Positions 20,147 through 34,810 of a stretch of DNA of 64,000 nucleotides are shown piece by piece. The stretch covers positions 25,257 through 89,256 of the forward strand of contig DASXVG010000087.1 in the NCBI GenBank assembly GCA_036504355.1, in the 5' to 3' direction. How positions within the stretch are numbered: the stretch's first letter is position 1; the number at the start of each line of letters is the position of its first letter. Made by a program: the position numbers and the translations under genes. The notes under the pieces are model-generated. The model was not told the DNA's origin. It did no database searches and was given only the letters and a program-made list of their open reading frames with translations. Origin of the DNA: Candidatus Limnocylindrales bacterium (GTDB taxonomy: Bacteria; Chloroflexota; Limnocylindria; Limnocylindrales; CSP1-4).

Positions 20147-21090
20147 GAGACCTTGCTCCGCGGCGTCCGCAGGCTGTCCACCGCCATCGCGCCGACCCTG
20201 GCGAACACCCGCGGGCCCGGCCGGCGCGCGTCGGGTGCTCGACCGTCAGGAGCAGGCGACGCACGCAGGGACCGGACCGTCGCCGCGAGGATCTTGACGC
20301 CGGAGATCCACGCGATGACCGCGGCCAGGGCCGCACGCCGCCACGGCCCCCGGTGGAGGCGGGAGAGACGCAGGGTGCCCGCGAAGAACAGCAGGGCCAT
20401 GCGATCGGGCGCATGGCGCGTGCTGGTGCCACCGAGGTGGGTGACCATCGCTGCGGGGCAGTACACCGAGCGGCCCCCCGACAGGGCGAGCCGCACGCCG
20501 AGGTCGACATCCTCTCCGAACATGAGGAAGCCGCGGTCAAACGGCCCGAGCCGCAGGAAGACCTCCGTGCGCGCCACAAGGCATGCGCCCTTGAGCCAGT
20601 CGACCGCACCGCACGAACCGTCGTCGGGGCCGGGATCGAGCCAGGCGAGCCGGCCCCCGAGCGCGAGCTGCTCGAGCAGGGTGACGACGGCGCCCGGGAA
20701 CCGGAAGGCGGAGCGCTGGACGGAGCCGTCCTCGTTCCGCAGCTGCGGTCCGACGACCACGTCGGTCGAGTCGCGCGCGACGGCTCGCACGAGCGTCTCG
20801 GCCGCCGCGCGAGTGAGGCGGGCATCCGGGTTGAGGAGGATGGTGATCGCCCCCCGCGCGACGGCGACGCCCCGGTTCATCGCCGACGCGAACCCCTCGT
20901 TGTGAGGCCTGGCGAGCAGCCGGACGTCAGGGTGCCGGGCGACGATCGCACGCGTCTCGTCCGGAGAGGCGTTGTCCACGACGACCACGTCCGCGTCCGG
21001 CAAGGCCGCGCGGAGCGTGTCGAGACAGGCGCCGATGACGTCCGCACTGCGGTACGTGACGATCACCACGGACACGGACGGATCAGCCAC
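20143..21090 (-). CDS. GT2 glycosyltransferase
   Basis: The sequence VSVVIVTYRSADVIGACLDTL...VVVDNASPD...GEDVDL gives a GT2 DxD pattern. Confidence 0.8.
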   Translation of the reverse strand: MADPSVSVVIVTYRSADVIGACLDTLRAALPDADVVVVDNASPDETRAIVARHPDVRLLARPHNEGFASAMNRGVAVARGAITILLNPDARLTRAAAETLVRAVARDSTDVVVGPQLRNEDGSVQRSAFRFPGAVVTLLEQLALGGRLAWLDPGPDDGSCGAVDWLKGACLVARTEVFLRLGPFDRGFLMFGEDVDLGVRLALSGGRSVYCPAAMVTHLGGTSTRHAPDRMALLFFAGTLRLSRLHRGPWRRAALAAVIAWISGVKILAATVRSLRASPAPDGRAPDARRPGPRVFARVGAMAVDSLRTPRSKVS

Positions 21091-21901
21091 GGCGGGTGAC
21101 GTGGGCCCACACGTAGCCGTAGCCGGTCGCGAGCATCGCGAAGGCGCGCAGGGCGCTGACGCTCGGGCGAGTGGCGCCTGCCCGCGGGGGAACAGCCCAT
21201 CGGTGGAGGATTCGTGATTGCCGCCACACGTCCCTGGCCCGCATCCGGCGTTCGGGGTGGAGATGCGCCTCGTGACAATGTCCCACGCCGTACCAGAAGC
21301 ACTTTCGGGCGAGGGCCCGGACCGTCGCGGGCGGCGAGTGCCACGCCCACGCGTCTGCCGGGATCACGAACCGGTACCCGGCACGGCGGATGCGGTAGAA
21401 CAGCTCCGTGTCCTCGCCGGTCGGGAGCGTCTCGTTGAACCCGCCCACGGCCTCCAGCACCTTGCGCTCGATGAGGCAGCACGTCGTGGTGACGGCCGTG
21501 AACCCGTAGCGGTCCACTGGCGGCTCCACGTCGACCTGCGTCCCGACGACGGGATGGACCCAGCCCGGGACCTCCCGCGCGACGCGCTGCTGGAATGGCG
21601 TCGCCGTGGCCGGCAGCAGCTTCGCCGTGCCGACGACCCCGATGCCCGGGGCCAGGGCGTCGACCATCCTGCCGAGCACGCTCGGGTCGCCGAACCGGGC
21701 GTCATCGTCGATGAACACGAGCAGGTCACCCGTTGCGCGCCCGATGCCCTCGTTTCGCGCACGCCCCGCCGGGCGGACCCCGGAGACGACGATCAGCTCC
21801 CAGTCGGTGACGGTCTGGGTGCGCAGGCTTGCGATGGTCCCCGCAGCGTCGCCGGAGAGGGTGGGAATGATGACCGAGATGCGTCGGGGCATGGTGGGCA
21901 C
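21083..21901 (-). CDS. GT2 glycosyltransferase
   Basis: The sequence ISVIIPTLSGD...LLVFIDDDARF...GEDTELFYRIRRAGY is a GT2 signature. It overlaps the preceding gene by 8 nt. Confidence 0.8.
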   Translation of the reverse strand: MPTMPRRISVIIPTLSGDAAGTIASLRTQTVTDWELIVVSGVRPAGRARNEGIGRATGDLLVFIDDDARFGDPSVLGRMVDALAPGIGVVGTAKLLPATATPFQQRVAREVPGWVHPVVGTQVDVEPPVDRYGFTAVTTTCCLIERKVLEAVGGFNETLPTGEDTELFYRIRRAGYRFVIPADAWAWHSPPATVRALARKCFWYGVGHCHEAHLHPERRMRARDVWRQSRILHRWAVPPRAGATRPSVSALRAFAMLATGYGYVWAHVTRRG

Positions 21902-22015
21902 GTCGAACTGGCTCCGGTTGGTAGGCCAATCGTGCCCGGGCCCGGGGTCCGGGCACGCCCGCCTGCCGGCCCTCGGCCTCGCGGCTGCGTATCAGCCGCG
22001 ACGTTCCCGGAGGCG

Positions 22016-23698
22016 TCAGTAGCGGCGGATGACCGACGACAGGTCGTCCAGGGTGACGCCGCTGGTGGGGTCATAGAGGTCCGCGTCGTGTGCCCACAGG
22101 AGTCCCTGGAACCGGCATGACGCCATCTGTGCCGCGGCTCGGTCGAGCATCCCGGCGCCGTAGCTGGTCGAGTCCGACCGGCCGGGGTTCTCGCCCATCT
22201 TCGGCATCCCCCGCCGGTCGGCGAGGTAGGCGATCCAGCGCGCGGCGGACCACGATGACACGACGGGCGAGGTCGGCGCGACGGTGCCGTCGGTGCCGGC
22301 GCACAGGTCGTCGCCGCCGGACCCGTCGGCCATGCTGCTCACGTATGCGACGACACCCGACCGATCGGGGAGCGCCGCCACGAGCCGGTCCCACGCGGCA
22401 CCGCGGCCCATCGTCCGATTGTCGTCACCGGGACCGCCCAGGAACCCAGCGATCGCGCGGGCGTAGTCCGCCGGACGGACGCCCTGGCCCGGCATCAGGA
22501 CCTGCGCCCAGCCGGTGAACCCCCGGCTCCGATACGCGTCGATCTGCCAGGCGACGCCCGATGCCAGGGATCCGACATACCAGTCGTACCAGGCAGCGAC
22601 CTCGGTCGTGCCGAACGGCCGCCCATTCCAGCTCGTCTGTCCGGGCGTCCAGCCCGGGAACGGCGTCGTCTGCTGGGCATTCGCGTCGTACGCCCAGTAG
22701 GCGTTCCCGGTCGTGCCGTCCCACTCTGCCGGGAAGAGCGTCTCGACGCTTCCGCCAGCGCCGACCCGAACCGCCCAGAAGCTGGTCAGGCCGAGATCGG
22801 CGGCGACCCTGTCGAAGTACTGCTCGGCCTTCGCTCGGAGGGTGGCGTTGAAGGTCAGGTTCACGGTGCCGCTGGTCCTGCCGTACTGGTTGCGGTACCG
22901 GCTGTCCGGATACGTGAACACCCAGGCCGGCGGGTACTGGAGCCCGATGCCCAGCACCACCCGGGCACCGGCAGCCCGCAGTGCATCGAGCCGCTGGCGG
23001 GCCTGCGCCGCGTAGGTGCTGCTGAACACGCCGTCCTGTGGTTCGTACAGGTCCCAGCCGAGCTCCAGGTGTGCCACTGCGACACCGCTGGCGGCCTCGC
23101 CTGCCGCACGGGCGGTGGACGTCAGCGTGGTGCCGAACAGGAAGGCGGCGGGGGTCGGGGTCGGGGTCGGCGTCGGGGTGGCGGAGGGAGCCGCCGTCGG
23201 TGCGTCGGTCGGGATCGGTGTGGCTGTTGGTGCTGGTGCCGTTGGTGCCTCGGTCGGTGACGCGGTCGCGCTCGATGACGGGGGCAGGATGTCGAACCAC
23301 GTGGATGCCGACGGATTGACGTCGCCGGAGCGTCGTGGCCGGGTGAGCTGCACCATCGAGACGAGGTGGGCGCCGGCCGACGCATCGGAGGGCAGCGTGA
23401 GGCGAACCATGAGCGTGCCGGTGGACGAGGTCTTGCCGCCGGGCATCCCGCTGGTCGATCCATCCCAGGTCAGCTGCACCCGCGCGTACGCCGCGAACCC
23501 CGAGCCGCCCACCTCGACCGTCGACCCCGCGGACGCCGACGTGGGCACGGTCCACACGGTCGCCGTCACGGCGGCCACCGGCGATGCGATGGACGCGCCG
23601 AGCATCACCGTCAGCAGCGTGAGCAGGGCAACGCCCGGCACGCTGCGCGCACGGTGATGCGCACGGTGACTGGTGACGGGGGGAAGCCCCAGCGACAT
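22016..23698 (-). CDS. Secreted glycoside-hydrolase-like protein with a Pro/Thr linker
   Basis: The start is the internal MSLGLPP (CAT at about 23696-23698). The N-terminus has a signal peptide (LLTLLTVMLGASIASPVAAVTA). A roughly 110-aa beta-rich domain and a PT linker (APTATPIPTDAPTAAPSATPTPTPTPTP) follow. The C-terminal roughly 350 aa look like a TIM-barrel GH domain (VVLGIGLQYPPAWVF...). Confidence 0.55.
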   Translation of the reverse strand: MSLGLPPVTSHRAHHRARSVPGVALLTLLTVMLGASIASPVAAVTATVWTVPTSASAGSTVEVGGSGFAAYARVQLTWDGSTSGMPGGKTSSTGTLMVRLTLPSDASAGAHLVSMVQLTRPRRSGDVNPSASTWFDILPPSSSATASPTEAPTAPAPTATPIPTDAPTAAPSATPTPTPTPTPAAFLFGTTLTSTARAAGEAASGVAVAHLELGWDLYEPQDGVFSSTYAAQARQRLDALRAAGARVVLGIGLQYPPAWVFTYPDSRYRNQYGRTSGTVNLTFNATLRAKAEQYFDRVAADLGLTSFWAVRVGAGGSVETLFPAEWDGTTGNAYWAYDANAQQTTPFPGWTPGQTSWNGRPFGTTEVAAWYDWYVGSLASGVAWQIDAYRSRGFTGWAQVLMPGQGVRPADYARAIAGFLGGPGDDNRTMGRGAAWDRLVAALPDRSGVVAYVSSMADGSGGDDLCAGTDGTVAPTSPVVSSWSAARWIAYLADRRGMPKMGENPGRSDSTSYGAGMLDRAAAQMASCRFQGLLWAHDADLYDPTSGVTLDDLSSVIRRY

Positions 23699-23950
23699 GT
23701 CGCGAAATCCTCTCGAGGAATCTGGGGTCACGGGACGCGAGCGCGATGGGTGCCGTCCGTGACAGATGGCGTGGCAGGCCGCTGGGTCGGCCCGACCAAC
23801 GTACGAGCCCGCCCGGCCCGGCGCGAGAGGCCTAGTCGTACTGCCGGAGGCAGGCGTCCGGACCGGTGACCGCCGGTACCGTCGGCGGTGCGATGGCGGT
23901 CGCGGTCTGGATGGCACCCGATCCCTGGTCGGAGGGTTGCGGTTGGGGTG

Positions 23951-23980
23951 GTTGCGCACCCGCGGGGACGAGGGTTACAC
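23951..23980 (+). promoter_or_regulatory. Candidate sigma-A-type promoter for the ilv-leu operon (TTGCGC-N18-TACACT)
   Basis: I located this by reading the sequence directly. It lies about 45 nt upstream of the leader-ORF ribosome-binding site. Confidence 0.3.
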
Positions 23981-24025
23981 TCCGCGGACCTCGCCACGGC
24001 GTGAGGTCTACAGGAGTCGGGTCGC

Positions 24026-24244
24026 TTGGACTTCTTCCAGGGTCGCAGCCGCAGCCGCGTCGCCGTCGTCGTGACGGCAGACGGTCGCCGCGTGACCGTG
24101 CCCCTGCGCGACCTCGATCACCCGGACGTATCCCCCCTCGATCTTCTTCGCTCGCTCCTTGCCGGCCTCGAGAGCCTTCTTGGGCTTCTCATTACCGGCT
24201 CCCGGCGGGAGAACGGAGGGACGCGGAGGAACGAGCGCCACTGA
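24026..24244 (+). CDS. Candidate ilv-leu attenuator leader peptide (72 codons, TTG start with an AGGAG ribosome-binding site 9 nt upstream)
   Basis: The peptide reads ...RVAVVVTADGRRVTV...LDLLRSLLAGLESLLGLLIT... It has 8 Leu codons in 18 positions, 6 of them the rare CTT codon, plus a rare ATT Ile, in an otherwise GC3-rich genome. The stop falls 20 nt before a terminator hairpin. Confidence 0.45.
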   Translation: MDFFQGRSRSRVAVVVTADGRRVTVPLRDLDHPDVSPLDLLRSLLAGLESLLGLLITGSRRENGGTRRNERH

Positions 24245-24262
24245 GGCGCCCGCCACCGAAGA

Positions 24263-24297
24263 CCGAAGGGACCCTCGCCGGGTGGCGAGGGTCTTTG
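24263..24297 (+). terminator. Attenuator/terminator hairpin upstream of ilvB
   Basis: GACCCTCGCC-GGGT-GGCGAGGGTC forms a 10-bp perfect stem with a 4-nt loop, followed by TTTGCATG. Overlapping alternative hairpins lie upstream (CTCCCG..CGGGAG and GCGCC..GGCGC). Confidence 0.45.
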
Positions 24298-24354
24298 CAT
24301 GTCCGGGAGGTCGCGGGGCCGATCGGGCGGAGGGACACAGCGCGATGACGATGA

Positions 24355-27894
<3,540 letters not shown>

Positions 27895-27895
27895 C

Positions 27896-29539
27896 ATGAC
27901 CTTCGGGGCCATCACCCCCCGCTTCGGCGAGGGAGTAGCCGCCGGCAGGATCCGGATCTTCGACACCACCCTGCGCGACGGGGAGCAGGCGCCGGGCGCC
28001 GGCCTCACCGCCGCCGAGAAGCTGGAGGTCGCGCGACAGCTGGCGCGGCTCAAGGTGGACGTGATCGAGGCCGGCTTCCCGGCCGCCTCGCCCGGCGACT
28101 TCGAGGCGGTCCGCCGGATCGCCCAGGAGACCAAGGGCGGCATCGCGGTCGCGGCGCTCGCCCGGTGCCGTGACGGCGACCCCCAGCGCGCGGTCGAGGC
28201 GATCACCGTCGCCGAGCGCCCCCATCTCCACCTGTTCATCGCCACCTCGGACATCCACCTCAAGCACAAGCTGCGGATCGACCGTGACGAGGCGCGCCGC
28301 GAGGCCGTCAAGTGGGTGAGGTGGGCCCGCGAGACGCTCGGCCGCGACGCCGAGATCGAGTTCTCCGCCGAGGACGCCTCGCGCACGGAGGACGAGTTCC
28401 TGCTCGACGTCTACGAGGCGGTGACCGAGGCCGGCGCCTCGACCCTCAACATCCCGGACACGGTGGGCTACGCGATCCCCGCGGAGTTCGGCGCGCTCGT
28501 GGGCCGGGTCCGGGACCGCATCGGCGACAGCGCCGTGATCTCCGTCCACTGCCACAACGACCTGGGGCTCGCGACGGCGAACACGCTCGCCGCGGTCCAG
28601 GCCGGCGCCCGCCAGGTCGAGGTCACGATCAACGGCCTCGGCGAGCGGGCCGGCAACGCCTCCCTCGAGGAGGTCGTGATGGCGCTCCGGACGCGACCCG
28701 GCCAGTTCCCGGACCTGGCGGCCGGCGTCCAGACCGAGCAGCTGACCCCGGCCTCGCGACTCGTCAGCTACCTCACCGGGTTCGCGGTCCAGCCCAACAA
28801 GGCGATCGTCGGCTCCAACGCGTTCGCGCACGAGTCCGGGATCCACCAGGACGGCTATCTCAAGAACCCGCTGACCTACGAGATCATGACCCCGCAATCG
28901 GTGGGGCTCTCGGGGTCCACGCTGTCCATCGGCAAGCTGTCCGGCCGGCGCGGCCTCCAGGGCAAGCTCAAGGAGCTGGGCGTGGACACGGACGGCGAGC
29001 AGCTGGACGCGATCTATCGCGCCGCGATCGCCCTCGCCGATACGAAGAAGGAGGTCACGGACGCTGACCTGCTGGCGCTCGTCAACGAGCGCAAGAGCGA
29101 CGTCCCGCGGTCCGTGGAGCTCCTCGGCTGGAGCGTCAGCTCGGCGTCCGGCGGCCACTCGGTGGGCTCCGTCTCGCTCGTGGTCGCGGGCGAGGCGAAG
29201 GCCGCCAACCAGACCGGCAACGGCCCGGTCAACGCGCTGTTCAAGGCCGTGGACGAGGCCGTCCGCCCGGTGCTCCACTGGGCGCCCGTGCTGACCGAGT
29301 ACGAGATCAAGGCGGTGTCGGCGGGGGAGGACGCGCAGGGCCAGGTGCTCGTTCGGTGCCGTCGTTCGTCGGACGAAGGCCCGGGCGCGCTCGTCGTGAC
29401 CGGCCACGGCTTGAGCACCAACATCATCGAGGCCTCGATCGAGGCCTACCTCACGGCAACCAACAAGCTCCACGGCGCCGAGATCAACGGCATCGAGGTG
29501 GCGTTCGTGGGCCGGCGCACCGCCGAGGAGCTCCCGTGA
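27896..29539 (+). CDS. leuA: 2-isopropylmalate synthase (short bacterial form with a C-terminal LeuA_dimer domain)
   Basis: The sequence has [30 protein letters not shown] and a C-terminal [13 protein letters not shown]. Confidence 0.85.
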   Translation: MTFGAITPRFGEGVAAGRIRIFDTTLRDGEQAPGAGLTAAEKLEVARQLARLKVDVIEAGFPAASPGDFEAVRRIAQETKGGIAVAALARCRDGDPQRAVEAITVAERPHLHLFIATSDIHLKHKLRIDRDEARREAVKWVRWARETLGRDAEIEFSAEDASRTEDEFLLDVYEAVTEAGASTLNIPDTVGYAIPAEFGALVGRVRDRIGDSAVISVHCHNDLGLATANTLAAVQAGARQVEVTINGLGERAGNASLEEVVMALRTRPGQFPDLAAGVQTEQLTPASRLVSYLTGFAVQPNKAIVGSNAFAHESGIHQDGYLKNPLTYEIMTPQSVGLSGSTLSIGKLSGRRGLQGKLKELGVDTDGEQLDAIYRAAIALADTKKEVTDADLLALVNERKSDVPRSVELLGWSVSSASGGHSVGSVSLVVAGEAKAANQTGNGPVNALFKAVDEAVRPVLHWAPVLTEYEIKAVSAGEDAQGQVLVRCRRSSDEGPGALVVTGHGLSTNIIEASIEAYLTATNKLHGAEINGIEVAFVGRRTAEELP

Positions 29540-29558
29540 CGGGCCCCGGGAGCACCAC

Positions 29559-30755
29559 GTGAGCGCGGGAGATGCAAGCGGAGTTCGGTGGTCCGGGGCC
29601 GCGACTGGCCTCGCGGACCAGGTCTCGAGCGCCGGCGCCATCCCGACGACGTACCGGATCGCGCTGATCCCGGGCGACGGCGTGGGGCCGGAGGTCGTCG
29701 AGGCCACGGTGTCGGTCCTGGAGGCCGTGGGCCGGCGATTCGGCTTCGCCTTCGCGTGGGACCGCCTGGTCGTCGGCGGCGCCGGCATCGACGCGTACGG
29801 CGTCGCCTGCCGGCCCGAGGACGTTGAGGCGTGCCGCGACGCGGATGCCGTCCTCCTGGGCGCGGTCGGCGGCCCGAAGTGGGACAACCCGGACGCCGCC
29901 GTCCGGCCGGAGCAGGCCCTGTTCGCGCTGCGCGGCGGCCTCGGGCTGTTCGCCAACCTGCGCCCGATCACGGTCCGGCCCCAGCTCACCGGGGCGTCGC
30001 CGCTGCGGCCGGAGCTGCTCGTGGGCGTCGACTGCCTCATCCTGCGCGAGCTCACGAGCGGCCTCTACTTCGGCCGGCCGTCCGAGCAGCGCGACACGCC
30101 CGACGGGCGGGCCGCGATCGACACCCTGTGGTACACCGAGGGCGAGATCCGGCGGATCGTCACGCTTGCGTTCGAGCTCGCCCGCACCCGCCGGCGCAAG
30201 GTGACCCAGGTCGACAAGGCCAACGTCCTCGCGACGAGCCGCCTGTGGCGCAAGGTGACCGACGAGGTCCACGCCGGCTTCCCCGACGTGGAGCTCGAGC
30301 ACCGGCTCGTGGACTCCGCGGCGATGATGCTGGCGAAGTGGCCGGCGGGCTTCGACGTCCTCGTCACCGAGAACCTGTTCGGCGACATCCTGTCGGACGA
30401 GGCGGCGGTCATCGCCGGCTCCCTGGGCATGCTGCCGTCGGCGTCGATCGGGACGCGCCAGACGGCGCACGGCCGGCACGGCCTGTACGAGCCGATCCAC
30501 GGGTCGGCCCCGGACATCGCGGGTGCCGACCTCGCGAACCCGCTGGGGACCATCCTGTCGGCCGCGATGATGCTCCGCTGGAGCCTCGGCCGGCCCGACG
30601 CCGCGGAGGCCATCGAGGCCGCCGTGGACACCGCCCTCGACGAGGGCTACCGCACCAGGGACCTCATGCCGACGGACGCCACGGAGGCGGCCGCGTGCAC
30701 GCAGGTCGGCACGTCGGAGATGGCCCGCGTCATCGGGGACCGGATCGCGATTTGA
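29559..30755 (+). CDS. leuB: 3-isopropylmalate dehydrogenase
   Basis: The sequence has YRIALIPGDGVGPEVV...NLFGDILSDEAAVIAGSLGMLPSASIG. The N-terminal roughly 30 aa of the track ORF may not be translated, so the start is uncertain. Confidence 0.8.
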   Translation: MSAGDASGVRWSGAATGLADQVSSAGAIPTTYRIALIPGDGVGPEVVEATVSVLEAVGRRFGFAFAWDRLVVGGAGIDAYGVACRPEDVEACRDADAVLLGAVGGPKWDNPDAAVRPEQALFALRGGLGLFANLRPITVRPQLTGASPLRPELLVGVDCLILRELTSGLYFGRPSEQRDTPDGRAAIDTLWYTEGEIRRIVTLAFELARTRRRKVTQVDKANVLATSRLWRKVTDEVHAGFPDVELEHRLVDSAAMMLAKWPAGFDVLVTENLFGDILSDEAAVIAGSLGMLPSASIGTRQTAHGRHGLYEPIHGSAPDIAGADLANPLGTILSAAMMLRWSLGRPDAAEAIEAAVDTALDEGYRTRDLMPTDATEAAACTQVGTSEMARVIGDRIAI

Positions 30756-30831
30756 CGGCCGGTGCCCGCCTCCGTGCGGGTGACCGGCCCGAGCCACGTC
30801 GTCGATCCCCCTCCGACCGCAAGGACACCCC

Positions 30832-32498
<1,667 letters not shown>

Positions 32499-32502
<4 letters not shown>

Positions 32503-33038
32503 CCGACGTCCCGCGCACCGCCTCCGAGTCGATCCGGCTCGACCGCTGGACGGTGACGTCCGGGTCGAACGTCAACAGCCGGGCCGCGGTGGTGATCCGC
32601 GCCGCGGACCACGACTGGAAGGCGTCTGCCGAGGGCAACGGCGCGGTCGACGCGCTGTTCAAGGCGGTGGACACGGCGCTCGCGCCGATCGTCGGCGGCC
32701 GGCCACTCCTGCTCGGGTACGACGTCCACGCCCTCGCCGAGGGCCCCGACGCCGAGGGCCGCGTGACCGTCCGGATCGCGCCCCCGGTCGCCGCAGCGGG
32801 CGGACGGGCGGACGGCCGGTACACGGGCGAGGTCACGTCCCCGAACACGGTGGCGGCCTCGATCGAGGCGTACGTCCAGGCGCTGACGGCCATGCTCGCC
32901 GACGAGTCGTGGGCCGGCGCCGCCGAGGATGCCGGCGCGCAGCGGGTGCGTCGGGCGACCGGCGATCCCGCCGACGGCACGACCGAGTACGACCGCACGG
33001 CGGACCACTTCGACACCACCGAGTGGTTCAACCGCTAG
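32499..33038 (+). CDS. Standalone LeuA_dimer (IPMS allosteric/regulatory) domain protein
   Basis: The 179-aa protein carries EGNGAVDALFKAVDTAL...ASIEAYVQAL, which matches the C-terminal regulatory domain of LeuA/CimA and has no catalytic barrel. It is coupled to cimA by an ATGA overlap. Confidence 0.55.
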
Positions 33039-33880
33039 GCGGCGAGGGCCCCCAGGGCCCCGCCATCCAGATCGACGCGGACGCGTTCAACCGGTTCGAG
33101 GCGGCCGGGTGGGAGGCTCGCGCCGCGTCGTACGCGTTCCTGTCGCCGATCACCGGGCGCGTCATCGGGGCGCTCCTCGGGGCGGTCGGGGCGGTCGAGG
33201 ACACCCAGCTCCTCGACGTCGGGTCGGGCCCGGGCGACCTCGCCGCCGCGGCCGCCGAGCGGGGAGCAGACCCGGTGGGCATCGACGTCGCCCCATCGAT
33301 GGTCCGGAGGGCCGCGATGGCCCACCCGGGCATCCCGTTCAGGGTCGGGTCGTTCGAGGCGATCCCCGGCGGTGCGGGCTCGTTCGACGCGGTCGTCGGC
33401 AACTTCGTGTTCAACCACGTCGGGCGTCCCGGCGTCGCCCTCGCGGAGGCGTACCGGGTCCTGCGTGCCGGCGGCCGCGTTGCGATGTCGACGTGGGACG
33501 CTGCGCGCCACAACCGGATCCTCGGGCTCGTGCTCGACGCCATCGAGGCCGCCGAGGCGCCGCCGCCCCCTGGCCTGCCGCCCGGGCCCACGAACTTCCG
33601 CACCGACGCCGAGCTGCGGTCGCTGTTCGAGGCCGCCGGGTTCGCCGACGTCGGCGTGTCGCACCTCCACTACGAGGCGCGCATCCCCGACACCGACACC
33701 CTGTGGCACGGCGTCCTCGACTCGGCCGTGCGGATCCCGCCGCTCGTCACGGGCCAGGCGCCCGACGTCCAGGCACGGATCCGTGCCGAGTTCGACCGGT
33801 TGTGCGCGCCGCACGCCCGCGAGGACGGGATGCTCGCGATCCCCGTTGCGGTCCAGGTCACCCAGGGCCGCCGGCCATGA
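33023..33880 (+). CDS. Class I SAM-dependent methyltransferase
   Basis: The sequence LLDVGSGPGDLAAAAAERGADPVGIDVAPSMV...VVGNFVFNHV...GGRVAMSTW is a methyltransferase signature. The probable GTG start overlaps the stop of the preceding gene. This frame is the downstream part of track ORF 32240..33880. Confidence 0.6.
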   Translation: MVQPLGGEGPQGPAIQIDADAFNRFEAAGWEARAASYAFLSPITGRVIGALLGAVGAVEDTQLLDVGSGPGDLAAAAAERGADPVGIDVAPSMVRRAAMAHPGIPFRVGSFEAIPGGAGSFDAVVGNFVFNHVGRPGVALAEAYRVLRAGGRVAMSTWDAARHNRILGLVLDAIEAAEAPPPPGLPPGPTNFRTDAELRSLFEAAGFADVGVSHLHYEARIPDTDTLWHGVLDSAVRIPPLVTGQAPDVQARIRAEFDRLCAPHAREDGMLAIPVAVQVTQGRRP

Positions 33881-34746
33881 GCGACACGCCGATGCCGGTC
33901 GCCTACACGGGCGAGCCCGGTGCCTTCGCCGAGGAGGCGGCGCTGCGGTTCTTCGGGGCGCCGGAGACGCTGCCCCTGTCTTCGTTCCGGGAGGTGTTCG
34001 AAGCCGTGCGCGACGGGCGTGCTGCCGCGGGCGTCGTGCCGGTCGAGAGCAGCCTCCTGGGCACCATCCGGGAGAACGTGGACCTCCTGTGGGCCTTCGA
34101 CCTCCCGATCGTCGGCGAGGTCAGCGTCCCGGTCCGGCTCGCGCTGCTCGGGCTCCCCGGGGAGCGGCTGCATACCGTGGAGCGGGTCTACTCGATCACG
34201 GCGGCGCTGGCCCAGGCGGACGCGTTCCTGCGCTCGCGGCCGTGGACGATCCAGACGACGTACAACACGGCAGGCGCGGCCCGGATGGTCGCCGAGCGCG
34301 GAGAGCGTGGCTCGGCCGCGGTTGCGAGCGCGCGGGTCGCGCCGATCTACGGCCTCGAGGTCCTCGCCGACGACATCCAGACAGGATCGGACAACCGGAC
34401 CAGGTTCGCGGTCATCGCACGCCGCGACGACACGGCCCGGGTGCTGGAGCGGGCGCTGCCGGCGGCGATTGCGGGCGATCCCCGCACGACGCTCGTGTTC
34501 GCCGTCCGGAACGTGCCCGGGTCGCTGCACCGGTCGCTCGGCGCGTTCGCAAGCCGCGGCCTCAACCTCGTCCGGCTGGAGTCCCGGCCGTGGACCGAGC
34601 GAGGCGCGCGCTGGGAGTACCTGTTCTGGGTCGACCTCGACGCGGACCCGTCCGAGCCCGTGTGCGCCGAGGCGCTTGCCGCCCTCGCCCGCGAGACGGA
34701 GCTCGTCCGGATCCTCGGCACGTACCCCCGGGCCGCCGAGGACTGA
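33877..34746 (+). CDS. pheA: Prephenate dehydratase (PDT plus ACT domain)
   Basis: The sequence MSDTPMPVAYTGEPGAFAEEAA...TRF...ESRP with a C-terminal ACT domain identifies it. It overlaps the methyltransferase stop in an ATGA junction. Confidence 0.85.
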   Translation: MSDTPMPVAYTGEPGAFAEEAALRFFGAPETLPLSSFREVFEAVRDGRAAAGVVPVESSLLGTIRENVDLLWAFDLPIVGEVSVPVRLALLGLPGERLHTVERVYSITAALAQADAFLRSRPWTIQTTYNTAGAARMVAERGERGSAAVASARVAPIYGLEVLADDIQTGSDNRTRFAVIARRDDTARVLERALPAAIAGDPRTTLVFAVRNVPGSLHRSLGAFASRGLNLVRLESRPWTERGARWEYLFWVDLDADPSEPVCAEALAALARETELVRILGTYPRAAED

Positions 34747-34810
34747 ACGCCCGGCAACCGGGACGGCGGCGCCGGCGAGATGCCGGACGCCGCCGTCGTG
34801 GTGCCGGCGA

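Noticed and set aside
34765-34800. GC-rich inverted repeat GGCGGCG..CGCCGCC between the convergent pheA and the Tat-secreted gene, as a possible terminator
   Set aside because: There is no U-tract and the loop is long (16 nt). Such stems arise easily by chance in 70% GC DNA. It is left out of the feature list.
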